From Vulcanimicrobiales bacterium (GTDB taxonomy: Bacteria > Vulcanimicrobiota > Vulcanimicrobiia > Vulcanimicrobiales > Vulcanimicrobiaceae): DNA of 64,000 nt. The stretch covers positions 1-64,000 of the forward strand of contig JBBRLI010000005.1 in NCBI GenBank assembly GCA_038231455.1. Direction: 5' to 3'. The position numbers and the translations under genes are program-made. Below the pieces are notes generated by a model, which ran no database searches, was not told the DNA's origin, and saw only the letters and a program-made list of their open reading frames with translations. Position 1 is the first letter of the stretch. Every line of letters starts with the position of its first letter. Below, piece after piece: positions 10,155-19,279 of the stretch.

Positions 10155-10800
10155 GAAGAACTCCTAGGGTTGGTTGCGGGGCGATCGCACGATGATAAAG
10201 TGTGATGCTGAGGCCAGTGGTCAATCGAGGACTGCCGGAAGATCGGCCGGATGCGTGTACGATCGAATGGATATCAGTCTTAACGAGCGTTCGATCTTTC
10301 GCAAGCGATCGGATCAGCGAAATGATATCGGAAAAGCGACCTTCGATGACCACTTCAAGTGGGAGCGCATCGAAGATGTCCGTCGGTGTAACGCTCGAGA
10401 CGCCTAGCGAAGGGACGGCGCTCGTTCCACGAACGGTCGCGCCGACATCGCGTGCGGCGCCTCCCGAGAGGACGGAGACGAGTCGAACGTCCCTTGAACG
10501 CGACGTGCGATCGAGTTCACGCAAGAATTGCGCGACGATGTTTGGAGTATCGCCGTCGAGATCGACATGCGATAAGACGGCATCAACCGAGTGCTCTTCG
10601 GCGAGCAGCTTTGGTTTCGTGCGCAGGATCTTTTCGTTCGCAGCGATTTGCAAGGTCGCCGTTTCCGCGGTTGCGGCAAGCGCGGCGTGGGTCGAGTCGA
10701 ACCAGCTCGACGTTGCAGCAAATCCGCCGATAAGAACACTTGCTGCTAAACCCCAGACTAGGACGACGTCTCGTGGAATACGCCGAAAAGCTTTCATCAT
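10129..10800 (-). CDS. pilO: PilO-like pilus assembly protein
   Basis: N-terminal transmembrane helix, coiled coil, and LPLEVVIEGRF ferredoxin-like motif. Confidence 0.7.
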   Translation of the reverse strand: MMKAFRRIPRDVVLVWGLAASVLIGGFAATSSWFDSTHAALAATAETATLQIAANEKILRTKPKLLAEEHSVDAVLSHVDLDGDTPNIVAQFLRELDRTSRSRDVRLVSVLSGGAARDVGATVRGTSAVPSLGVSSVTPTDIFDALPLEVVIEGRFSDIISLIRSLAKDRTLVKTDIHSIVHASGRSSGSPRLTTGLSITLYHRAIAPQPTLGVLHASSRSSQ

Positions 10801-11345
10801 GGCGATCGATCCACATTCAGTTGATAGTCGATTGGACGAGCCTCGCTACTGCTGCGCAAGGAGACGAGCGCCGGTGAGTGGAGCATCGTTGCTCGCCGTA
10901 GCGCGACGAGCGTTGCGCCGATTGCTTGCGGATCGCGTGTTTCCCCATCGATCGTCCAGCGCGTTCCATCACTGTGAAGCGAAGCGATCCACGCACGCGT
11001 CGGAAGGGCGTTCCCGATCGTTGCAAGTTCGTTCGCGCCGTCAAGATCGCGACGCCGTATCGTAGTGACACGCGCCAGCAATGCCTCGCGCGTGACGAGA
11101 CGAGAGCGCAGCATGGAGACTGTGTGAACGGCCACCTGCGTTCGATCGCGCCGCGCACTGACCTCGTCTACCTCGCCTTGCGTTAATCGCAGCTGAAATG
11201 CATCGATCCCGATGATTGCTGCGAGAACGACGATGACGGCACTAAAACCAACGAGCGGCAAGCGGAGCCGGATGGGTACGGAATCCAGAAGCGAGCGTGT
11301 ATCGAAGGCTGCGGAGCCATTCGGTAAAAAATTGAATTGAGTCAT
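10797..11345 (-). CDS. pilN: PilN-like pilus assembly protein
   Basis: N-terminal FNFLP (INLLP-like) PilM-binding motif, transmembrane helix, LP..AWI; ATGA overlap with pilM. Confidence 0.8.
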   Translation of the reverse strand: MTQFNFLPNGSAAFDTRSLLDSVPIRLRLPLVGFSAVIVVLAAIIGIDAFQLRLTQGEVDEVSARRDRTQVAVHTVSMLRSRLVTREALLARVTTIRRRDLDGANELATIGNALPTRAWIASLHSDGTRWTIDGETRDPQAIGATLVALRRATMLHSPALVSLRSSSEARPIDYQLNVDRSP

Positions 11346-12298
11346 GTGGTAGAGTCCCAGAGTGCAAGACCGCAAGCCAGCATCCAGTCGGGAGCTGCGG
11401 CACGTAAGACGTCACGCGGGAGAGTGGATCCGATCGTGCCGCCGAACTCGGCTGGCGCCGTTTGGATTGCAGTTGTGTTCGAGATATACTCGCCGATGCC
11501 GAAGAGCCGCGATCCATTCCCGACGAGCGCAATCGAGCGAAGTTCACCTCCGCCGGAAGCGCGATAGTCAATGAGTGCGGTTGCAAGTTCGTCGACAAAA
11601 GAATCGCGCGCGGTCTCGCCCGCGCCGGCTAGTCCGAGGGTCCGCTTGCGTCGCTCCGCGGCGGAAAAGTCGATCCCAAGGGATGCGGCGACCGAATCCG
11701 TGAGCGTTCGCCCTGCCGTCGAGAGGACGATCGACACCGGAATACTGGAGGCAAAAAGGTGCAGCGTCGAGCGTTCGTGTCCGATGTCGAGCATCGCATC
11801 GACGCGCGGCGCAATCCTTCGATACCCGAACGCTTCATGATCTGCTGCGACTGGCCGTAAGCCGGCTTTTCGCAGCATCGAAACGCGTCGCTCGAGCTCT
11901 GAACGTCGTGCGATCCCAAGGTGAAAGTCGCTTGGAGTATCGACGATCGATTCGACTCGGATACAGGTATCGGCGATCGGGTAATCGATGAAGCGTGCCG
12001 CTTCGAAACGCGCGGCTTTTTCACGCTCGCGGCGTGACATCGTTGGAAAGCTCACTCGCCGGATAATCGCGGTTGGTTCGGAGAGCCCGATGACACAGCG
12101 GCGCTCGCGCGTCCCAAGTTCCAGACATGCCGCTTCGATTGCGGCAGACGTCGCTGCATCGTCCGCTCCATCAACATCTCGTGCCGCCACACCGATGAGT
12201 TCGGGCCGCTCGCAGCGATATTCCAGAGCCGCGACGCGAACGCGATGCGTTCCAAGGTCGATACCCAGTGGTAGCGACCTTGCCATCGTCTTGAGCAT
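11342..12298 (-). CDS. pilM: PilM actin-like pilus assembly protein
   Basis: LGIDLGT, LDIGH, AERRKR, LVGNGS and ACGLAL motifs. Confidence 0.85.
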   Translation of the reverse strand: MLKTMARSLPLGIDLGTHRVRVAALEYRCERPELIGVAARDVDGADDAATSAAIEAACLELGTRERRCVIGLSEPTAIIRRVSFPTMSRREREKAARFEAARFIDYPIADTCIRVESIVDTPSDFHLGIARRSELERRVSMLRKAGLRPVAADHEAFGYRRIAPRVDAMLDIGHERSTLHLFASSIPVSIVLSTAGRTLTDSVAASLGIDFSAAERRKRTLGLAGAGETARDSFVDELATALIDYRASGGGELRSIALVGNGSRLFGIGEYISNTTAIQTAPAEFGGTIGSTLPRDVLRAAAPDWMLACGLALWDSTT

Positions 12299-12906
12299 CA
12301 GCGAAGGACCGCGGCGACCGGCAGAAGCGCACTCGTTGCCGTTCCGAAAGCGAGAAACGGGCCGAATCGAATCGAGCTTGTTCGAGCGCGACCGCGAGTG
12401 AGGAGCACGACCCCGACAGCAGCCCCGGCGACAAACGCCGCACCGAGTGCGCCAAGACCAGCGAGCGACCCGAGTCCAAGACCGATCGGGAACGCGAGTT
12501 TAACGTCGCCTAGGCCGAGGCCACGCCCGCCGGTGATCGCGTACAAAAGGACGAGTGGCGATGCGACGATTGTACCCGAGATTAACGTCGATCCGAGGCG
12601 TCCGTCGATTGCAGCAAGGACGAGGAGTAGCCCGCTTAGGAGAGCTGTCGCGCGATCGAAGAGGAAGCCGGTTCGCAGGTCGCCGATCGCGCACGCGGTA
12701 ACGCCGGCGATCGCTGCGGCGAGCAGCAGCCCTTGCGAGTCGTGCCGATCGTGCGCTCCATACATCGCAATGCCCGCTGCAATGAGAATCGGCAGCTGCG
12801 GTATCTTGCCCGCGTCGAGCCCGGCCGCGTCCGCTGCTGATCGTACGGCGATCCACGTCGCGAGCGCGACACTAACGGCGAACAAGAACGTCAACCCGTC
12901 GTTCAC
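12298..12906 (-). CDS. Prepilin peptidase (A24) lacking the N-terminal Cys-containing methyltransferase domain
   Basis: Catalytic Asp motifs IGDLRT and GLGDVKL; FGPFLA. Confidence 0.85.
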   Translation of the reverse strand: MNDGLTFLFAVSVALATWIAVRSAADAAGLDAGKIPQLPILIAAGIAMYGAHDRHDSQGLLLAAAIAGVTACAIGDLRTGFLFDRATALLSGLLLVLAAIDGRLGSTLISGTIVASPLVLLYAITGGRGLGLGDVKLAFPIGLGLGSLAGLGALGAAFVAGAAVGVVLLTRGRARTSSIRFGPFLAFGTATSALLPVAAVLR

Positions 12907-13433
12907 TCGGTTTCCTCAAATCCGCGTCGTGCGCTCGTAAAGAGCGGATTCATCGCTAAAACGCGAGCAAATCGGACATGAGCCGCGCGTCGATCGTGCA
13001 GACGCAGCGCCATGCGAGCGGCGAATTCGAACGTTCGTGCGTTGGGTTCGAGCGCGGCAAGGCGGTCAAAATCGCTAAGCGCTGCGCCGAATGCTCCGAG
13101 ATGTTCTTCTGCAAGAGCCCGGTCGAGGAGTAATCGAGGATCGTCAGCATGGTAACGCAACCCTTCGGTTGCGGTATCGCTGGCAAGAGCGTATCCGACG
13201 GGATTGTGCTCTCGGATCCCGAGAAAGGCTAGCCGGTCGGCGGCGACGATCGACGCGTGGTCGAACCAAAGTGCGCGCGCATACATCGTCTTCGCCCGTT
13301 CGAGGTGGTTTAGTCGCGAGTAGTCGTCACCCCGCGTCACAAGCGTACTTGCGACTTGCGTGTGAAAAAGAAGGCCGCTCATCGCGAGACTCACGGCTGC
13401 AATCGCGAGACGCCGAGTAAGCCCAATCTCCAT
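12903..13433 (-). CDS. Membrane-anchored TPR protein in the pilus operon
   Basis: ATG overlaps the ccdA stop (TGATG); N-terminal hydrophobic helix; TPR-like helices. Confidence 0.7.
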   Translation of the reverse strand: MEIGLTRRLAIAAVSLAMSGLLFHTQVASTLVTRGDDYSRLNHLERAKTMYARALWFDHASIVAADRLAFLGIREHNPVGYALASDTATEGLRYHADDPRLLLDRALAEEHLGAFGAALSDFDRLAALEPNARTFEFAARMALRLHDRRAAHVRFARVLAMNPLFTSARRGFEETE

Positions 13434-14083
13434 CAGACAAGTACTCCATAAAATAACCCAAGAGCGAGCATGAGAACGCCACTTGCGATTGCCGGTGCTT
13501 GCGCGTTCGCTACGCGAACCATCATCGCGCGAAGTGGTCCACCGGCAAATGCGACGGCTGCGAGCGGCGTGATGTGACCGAGCGCAAAGAAGAAGAGCAG
13601 CGTCGCGCCAAACGCTGGTTTCCCGACGATTGCCGCGTACGAGACGACCGATGCGACGATCGGCGTGCAACAAGGCGATGCAACGAACGCGGAGGCTGCC
13701 CCGAGAAGCAGAACCGCACCGAGGGAGCGCGGAGCCGTGGACGCGTGTTCGTGATGGTGACGTCGTCTGAGGAGCGTCCAAAGACCGGCGACAATGAGAC
13801 CACTCGCGAGGACCGCATAGATCAGTGTCGATGCGCCGGCGAGAAAGCCCAAGGCCCCGGAGACCCAACCAAGTGAAACATACGCCGCCAGTATCCCGGT
13901 CGCAAAGACCGCCGCCGGGACAACGGCGCCGCGTTCCTTGCCGCTAAGGGCGGCGATCGCGATGTAGCGCGGCGCGACGCATGGCCCGATGCTCGTAATC
14001 AAGCCTCCAAAGAAGACACTTGCGAACGCTCCGAGGGTTGGATGGGCGAATGCATCGAGCACGGCCGATTGTGGATCGATCAC
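13433..14083 (-). CDS. ccdA: CcdA/DsbD-beta type thiol-disulfide transmembrane electron transporter
   Basis: GPCVAP and SPCCTP cysteine motifs; about 6 transmembrane helices; GTG overlaps the pilin stop (GTGA). Confidence 0.82.
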   Translation of the reverse strand: MIDPQSAVLDAFAHPTLGAFASVFFGGLITSIGPCVAPRYIAIAALSGKERGAVVPAAVFATGILAAYVSLGWVSGALGFLAGASTLIYAVLASGLIVAGLWTLLRRRHHHEHASTAPRSLGAVLLLGAASAFVASPCCTPIVASVVSYAAIVGKPAFGATLLFFFALGHITPLAAVAFAGGPLRAMMVRVANAQAPAIASGVLMLALGLFYGVLV

Positions 14084-14565
14084 GAGCCGCTCAGGCCGAG
14101 ACCCGACGTATAGTTCAGCTTCGAGCAGGTTGTCGCCGTCGTACAGCCTTGAATTTTTACAAGCGTACTGCCAACGTGCGCGCCGGGGCACGCAATGACG
14201 TAGCCCGGCTCATTGTTGAGCGTCTGCGGCGTAATCGTATACGTCGAGGTCGGCGTGCCGGCAGGGTCGTGCGGGGTGTTGTTCAGATACGGGTTATTTG
14301 CCCCGCCAAATGAAGCGGGATCGGCGGCCTGCGCGCCGGAGCCGACCGGCAGGCTATACGTCTGCAAATCGGCATACATGAGTTCCATCGCCGTAGCAAT
14401 CGAGCGGAGGTTGGACTCGCACGCCGATGTCTGGGCTTGCGCGCGTGCGTTGACGAAGTTCGGGATGAGGATCCCGGCAAGGATGGCGATGATCGCGACG
14501 ACGATCATCAGTTCGATCAACGTAAAACCACGTTGGTCGTCGAGCTTCTTGTGCAGACGCTGCAT
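14080..14565 (-). CDS. pilA: Type IV major pilin
   Basis: Class III signal QRG/FTLIELMIVVAIIAILA; 4 Cys; GAGGTG RBS. Confidence 0.88.
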   Translation of the reverse strand: MQRLHKKLDDQRGFTLIELMIVVAIIAILAGILIPNFVNARAQAQTSACESNLRSIATAMELMYADLQTYSLPVGSGAQAADPASFGGANNPYLNNTPHDPAGTPTSTYTITPQTLNNEPGYVIACPGAHVGSTLVKIQGCTTATTCSKLNYTSGLGLSGS

Positions 14566-14601
14566 GGTTGGCACCTCGTTGCGAAGGGGGACGCAGCGGT
14601 T

Positions 14602-14628
14602 AGTGCCCAGATCTGATGCGATTAGTCC
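14602..14628 (-). promoter_or_regulatory. Putative SigB/SigF-type promoter for the pilin (GGACTAA-N13-GGGCACT)
   Basis: Lies in the only sizeable gap of the operon; a near-identical copy is at 19280-19307. Confidence 0.5.
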
Positions 14629-15341
14629 AAGTCGCGCGCCATTTTTGCGAGGACCTTTGCCAGAAGTTTCGATATCTGGCTCTGCGAGAGCCCGATTTTG
14701 CGACCCATTTCCGACTGCGAGAACCCGGCCGCGAAAATGCCCATCACAAGGGTCTTTTCGCGTTCGTTCAAGCCTTCGATCGCCGATAGTAATGCCAAGC
14801 GTTCCTCGAGGGAGAGAATTGGGCGATTCGATTCGCGCCGTCGGTCGCTTTGCAAATGGGATATGTACGGATCTCGGTCGATCGAAATGATCTGCTTGCC
14901 ACGTCGAAGCTGTTCGATTTCTTGGACGATTGAAAGTTCCACGTTCATCGCCTCGGCGATCTCGCTAGCGAGGGGCTCGCGGCCAAATCGATGTGTCAGG
15001 CATTCGATCGCGTTCAAGTACCGCTTCTCAAGCGACCGCAGCCACCGTGGAAGGCGCACGATTTGCTCGTGGTCGCGAACGTAGTGCATGAGTTCGCCGA
15101 TGACCATCATCCAGGCATAAGCCTCGAACGGCGTCTTGAGCGCGATGTTAAAATTGTGAGTCGCCTTGATCAATCCGATTGCAGCGACTTGCTCGAGATC
15201 GGAGCGCTCGGACGTGGGCCGAGAGAACTTCCGCGCGGCGCGCGCGCAAAGGTAGTGGTAGGATTCGATTACTGCATTGCGATGAACCACCGTTGGTTCG
15301 GCAATAAATCGCGCGAGAACCGGGTCGATATTCGGCATCAT
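14622..15341 (-). CDS. SigB/SigF/SigG-family alternative sigma factor
   Basis: DLEQVAAIGLIKA, F..YA...V.GELMHYVRD, VRLPR, REP..SEIA and a region 4 HTH (SQSEMGRKIGLSQSQIS); start overlaps the pilC stop. Confidence 0.9.
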   Translation of the reverse strand: MMPNIDPVLARFIAEPTVVHRNAVIESYHYLCARAARKFSRPTSERSDLEQVAAIGLIKATHNFNIALKTPFEAYAWMMVIGELMHYVRDHEQIVRLPRWLRSLEKRYLNAIECLTHRFGREPLASEIAEAMNVELSIVQEIEQLRRGKQIISIDRDPYISHLQSDRRRESNRPILSLEERLALLSAIEGLNEREKTLVMGIFAAGFSQSEMGRKIGLSQSQISKLLAKVLAKMARDLD

Positions 15342-16564
15342 TTTGATACGCTCCCGATTAGTGAGTAAAGCGGAATAAAGATAGAGAAGACAATAAAACC
15401 GACGGCGGCTCCAAGGAAGATAATGAGCGCGGGCTCGATAATAGCACCGATCGTAGCGACCGTCGTTTCGACGTCGCCTTCAAAATACTCGGCGATTTTC
15501 AAGAGCATATCGTCGACGAGCCCCGTCTCTTCGCCGACGCGAACGAGAGCAACGACAAGCGGATCGAAGACACGCGACTCCGCAAGTGGGCGCGTCAGCG
15601 AATCGCCCTCGCGTAAGGCGACGTTGATGCGCGTAAGCGCGCGGCGGTAAACGGCGCTTCCCGCGACCGGGATCACGACGTCGATTGCGCTGACCAGTTC
15701 GATACCGGAACGAAGCAAAGTCGCGAGCATTCGTGCAACGCGTGCGACGATCGACTTTTGCACGAGTGTACCGATGACGGGTATCCGTAGCCGCAGCCGA
15801 TCCATCAAGAGCGCTCCCGCGACCGTTCGGTTGTACCGCTCCAGCGCGATCCCGGTCAGGATGATGCAAAGCGGAAAAACGGCCCACAGGAGCGGCGATT
15901 GCAATATTTGTCCCGCACCGAGCAGAATGCGCGTAGTAACCGGCAGCTCGACGTGAAAGCTATCAAACATGCCGGCGAACATCGGCACGATTCGCGCAAT
16001 CAAAAACACAACGAGGGTCAGGGCAGCAGTAAGAACCACCATCGGATAGGCGAGAGCCGACTGGACTTTTTTGCGCAAGTTGCTGTCACGTTCGAGAAAC
16101 GTCGCGAGGCGCTCGAGAACATCGTCGAGGATCCCGCCTTCCTCGCCCGCACATATCATCGCAACGTAGAGGTGTGGGAACGCGCGGCTCCGGCGGGACA
16201 TCGCCCCGCTGAGGGATGTCCCATGCTCGACATCGCTGAGCACCGAACGAAGCGCCTCGCGTAAAGTTGGATCCTCGCAGCGTTCGATCGAGACGCAGAG
16301 TCCGCGTTGCATGGAAACGCCGGCGCGGATGAGCGTCGCGAAGGACCGAAAGAAGGCCAAAAGCGACTTGCGCGAAACGCCGCCGATCGAAAGCGACCGG
16401 CCCAGTCGCCGCGCGATCTGACTTTCACGGTCGATCGCTGTGACGAAGAGCGCCCGCGTGCGAAGAGCGCTTAGAACGTTGTCGGCATCGATCGCTTCCA
16501 TCGATCCACGGACGATCTCGCCGTCCACGGTGCGCGCCGTATAGCGAAAAGTAGCCGCCGACAT
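15338..16564 (-). CDS. pilC: Type IV pilus platform protein PilC (GspF family)
   Basis: AGEEGGIL, SALAYP, VGEETG and IIEP motifs. Confidence 0.92.
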   Translation of the reverse strand: MSAATFRYTARTVDGEIVRGSMEAIDADNVLSALRTRALFVTAIDRESQIARRLGRSLSIGGVSRKSLLAFFRSFATLIRAGVSMQRGLCVSIERCEDPTLREALRSVLSDVEHGTSLSGAMSRRSRAFPHLYVAMICAGEEGGILDDVLERLATFLERDSNLRKKVQSALAYPMVVLTAALTLVVFLIARIVPMFAGMFDSFHVELPVTTRILLGAGQILQSPLLWAVFPLCIILTGIALERYNRTVAGALLMDRLRLRIPVIGTLVQKSIVARVARMLATLLRSGIELVSAIDVVIPVAGSAVYRRALTRINVALREGDSLTRPLAESRVFDPLVVALVRVGEETGLVDDMLLKIAEYFEGDVETTVATIGAIIEPALIIFLGAAVGFIVFSIFIPLYSLIGSVSK

Positions 16565-17643
16565 CAGCCCGCCGCCCGTTCGAGCGTACGAATTTCACTT
16601 GGTCGCGTGGAGACGTTTCGCGCCTCATCAAGATCGATGATCCCGTGCACGACCAGTTCGGAGAGATGTGACTCGAGCGTCTGCATTCCCGAGCTGCGTC
16701 CGGTTGAAATGGCGTTGCGAAGCTGGTGGGTCTTGCCGTCACGGATCATCGCGCGTACCGCATCGGTAGCGACGAGAATTTCTGCGGCTGCCCGGCGTCC
16801 CGGCTGCTTTTTTTGTGGCAGAAGGCGTAGAGAGACGACGCCGATCAGTACGGACGCCAGTTGCGAGCGCACCTGGTTTTGCGACTCCGAAGGGAACGAA
16901 TCGACGATTCGGTCGACGGTCTGCGGGGCGTCGTTCGTGTGGAGCGTCGAGAGCACGAGGTGTCCGGTTTCCGCGGCAGTCATTGCCGCTTCCATCGTTT
17001 CGCGGTCGCGCATTTCGCCAACGAGAAGAACGTCTGGATCGGAGCGGAGAAAGCCGCGAATCGCTTCCTCGTAATCGATTACATCGCGGCCGATTTCGCA
17101 GTGCGTGACGAGTGACCGCAGGGATGAATGGCGATATTCGACTGGATCCTCCACCGTGATAACGTTCCGTTCGACGGTGCGGTTGATCCGGTCGATGAGC
17201 GCTGCGAGCGCCGTCGTCTTCCCGCTTCCGGTCGGGCCGGTGAACAACAGCAGGCCGCTCGGTCGCAGTGCCAGATCGCCGACGATACTCGGCAGCGATA
17301 GGAGTTCGAGATTCGGAATGGCCTTTGCCAGCAAGCGGATTACGACGCGCGTCCCGCTGAGCTGACGATAGGCATGGATGCGGAACGCGCCGATCTCGGC
17401 ATGGCGCTGCGCACCGTCCGCCGTACCGCGCTCGCGTAGACGATCGAGCGCAGCGGATGGAAGCATCCCGGCGAGAAAATCGTTCACCGCACGTTCGCTA
17501 ATGGTCTGGTGATCGAGGACGGTCAAACGGCCATCGATCCGAAACGCGGGTTTTTCGCCTCCTCCCATATGAACGTCGGAGGCATCGCGTGCGCGAGCGG
17601 TGCGGATGAGTTCGACGAGTCGGACGGCGTCGAGTTCGCTCAT
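16564..17643 (-). CDS. pilT: Pilus retraction ATPase PilT
   Basis: GPTGSGKTT, TVEDPVE, LVGEMRD, AETGHLVLSTLHT, AVRAMIRD (AIRNLIRE-like) and GMQT. Confidence 0.92.
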   Translation of the reverse strand: MSELDAVRLVELIRTARARDASDVHMGGGEKPAFRIDGRLTVLDHQTISERAVNDFLAGMLPSAALDRLRERGTADGAQRHAEIGAFRIHAYRQLSGTRVVIRLLAKAIPNLELLSLPSIVGDLALRPSGLLLFTGPTGSGKTTALAALIDRINRTVERNVITVEDPVEYRHSSLRSLVTHCEIGRDVIDYEEAIRGFLRSDPDVLLVGEMRDRETMEAAMTAAETGHLVLSTLHTNDAPQTVDRIVDSFPSESQNQVRSQLASVLIGVVSLRLLPQKKQPGRRAAAEILVATDAVRAMIRDGKTHQLRNAISTGRSSGMQTLESHLSELVVHGIIDLDEARNVSTRPSEIRTLERAAG

Positions 17644-19106
17644 TGCATCTGCTCCCAAGCGACGACGCGGCTGAGCTCCTCAAAGGACGTCACGCCGTCT
17701 TTCACTTTCTCAAGCCCGTCGAGCGCCATCGGTCGATAGCCCTGCGCCCGTCCCAATTTCCCAATTTGAACGCTCGACGCACCGGAAGCGATCGCGTCGC
17801 GAACCACGTCGTCGATTGCGAGCAACTCGTAGACCCCAATCCGGCCGATGAAGCCCGTATTGGAACAAACGCGACATCCGCGAGGTGTCGACCAGTGGTC
17901 CGTACCGAATTCGAGCGCGGCGCGAATAGTGCTTGGGATCGGTTCGCGCACTTTACAGTGTTCGCAAAGGGTCCGCACGAGGCGCTGCGCGACGACGGCG
18001 GTTAACCCAGCCGCTAGGGAATGACGTGCAACGCCGAGTTCTACAAGCCGTTCGATCGTGCGCGGTGCATCGTTACTGTGGAGCGTTGTAAAAACGAGTT
18101 GACCCGCAAGCGAGGCGGAGATCGCGACCGAGGCGGTCTCGGCATCGCGCATCTCACCGACCATGATGACATTTGGGTCTTGGCGCATGAAAGACCGCAA
18201 CACCGTTGGAAACGTGAGACCGGAACGCGTGCTCACTTGAACCTGCGCGACATTGTCGACGCGCATTTCGATCGGATCTTCGACGCTGCAAATATTTTTC
18301 GAGGCGCCATCGAGTTCGGCCAGCGATGCATAGAGCGTGGTCGTTTTGCCGCTCCCCGTCGGACCGGTGACGACGACGAAACCCCATGGCGCATGGACGT
18401 AGCGACGGTAGTGGGCAAGAACGTCGGCTGGCATCCCGAGGGTCGCAAGATTCGGCGCGGTCGCGTTCTCATCGAGTAGGCGAATAACGATTCGTTCACC
18501 ATCGATCGTGGGAATCGACGAGACTCGTGCGTCGATCGAGCGACCTTCGTAGGCGACCGAGTACCGGCCGTCTTGCGGTTGCCGCTTATCGGCGATATCC
18601 ATGCCGGCAACGAGTTTGATGCGCGAGACGAACGAGCCGACAAGCGTACTCGGGATGGTTTCGATTGCACGGAGTATCCCGTCGATGCGTAAGCGGATGC
18701 GACCTATTCCGCCGTTCAGCGGTTCGATGTGAATGTCTGATGCGTGCGATCGAATCGCTCGTTCGAACATGGCGTCGACCGCCCGAACGGCGGGTGCATC
18801 GGCCCGACGATCGCTCGCGGTCAGCGTTGCATCGGTCGCTCCGTAAGCTTCGCGCAGACGTTCGCGAATAAGTTCGCGCGGCATTGCGACCGCTCGAATG
18901 CGAACGCGCGTCGTAGCGCGCAACTGGTCGAGAACGTTTACGTCCTCGGGATCGTGAAGCGCGACGACGAGTACGCCGTCGTCGATGGTTAGCGGAAGCG
19001 CATCAAGGCGAAAGGCGACGGATTTGGGAACGCGCCCGATCGCTTGATTTCCGGCGACCCGATCGTCGCTCGAAATGGTCACTTCACCCGGTCTCGTGAT
19101 TGCCAT
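17640..19106 (-). CDS. pilB: Pilus assembly ATPase PilB (GspE family)
   Basis: ASDIHIEP, PQDGR, Walker A, RQDPNVIMVGEMRD, CxxC...CxxC zinc motif; ATG 19106 follows GGAG. Confidence 0.92.
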   Translation of the reverse strand: MAITRPGEVTISSDDRVAGNQAIGRVPKSVAFRLDALPLTIDDGVLVVALHDPEDVNVLDQLRATTRVRIRAVAMPRELIRERLREAYGATDATLTASDRRADAPAVRAVDAMFERAIRSHASDIHIEPLNGGIGRIRLRIDGILRAIETIPSTLVGSFVSRIKLVAGMDIADKRQPQDGRYSVAYEGRSIDARVSSIPTIDGERIVIRLLDENATAPNLATLGMPADVLAHYRRYVHAPWGFVVVTGPTGSGKTTTLYASLAELDGASKNICSVEDPIEMRVDNVAQVQVSTRSGLTFPTVLRSFMRQDPNVIMVGEMRDAETASVAISASLAGQLVFTTLHSNDAPRTIERLVELGVARHSLAAGLTAVVAQRLVRTLCEHCKVREPIPSTIRAALEFGTDHWSTPRGCRVCSNTGFIGRIGVYELLAIDDVVRDAIASGASSVQIGKLGRAQGYRPMALDGLEKVKDGVTSFEELSRVVAWEQMQ

Positions 19107-19175
19107 TACACCCGCTCCAGAATCACCTGATGCATGACCGCGATCACTTGACTGGTCGGTCAAGGAAGCGCTGGT

Positions 19176-19205
19176 AAGATAACGATTCGGAAATTTTTCT
19201 GTAAA
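19176..19205 (-). promoter_or_regulatory. Putative sigma70-type promoter of the pil operon (TTTACA-N18-TATCTT) with an AT-rich upstream region
   Basis: Near-consensus hexamers 70 nt upstream of pilB. Confidence 0.5.
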
Positions 19206-19279
19206 ATTTAGGACATTTTCAAAATATTTTTAAGAAGTTTTCTTAAGAATCGAGAATTGTGGAGAGCGGTCATATCGAT

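Noticed and set aside
12903-14191. ORF-track starts at 13868 and 14191
   Set aside because: The extensions overlap ccdA and the pilin; coupled starts at 13433 and 14083 fit better
8176-19106. Type II secretion system
   Set aside because: PilT and PilM/N/O are present and no GspC/L/M or pseudopilin set is seen, which favours type IV pili
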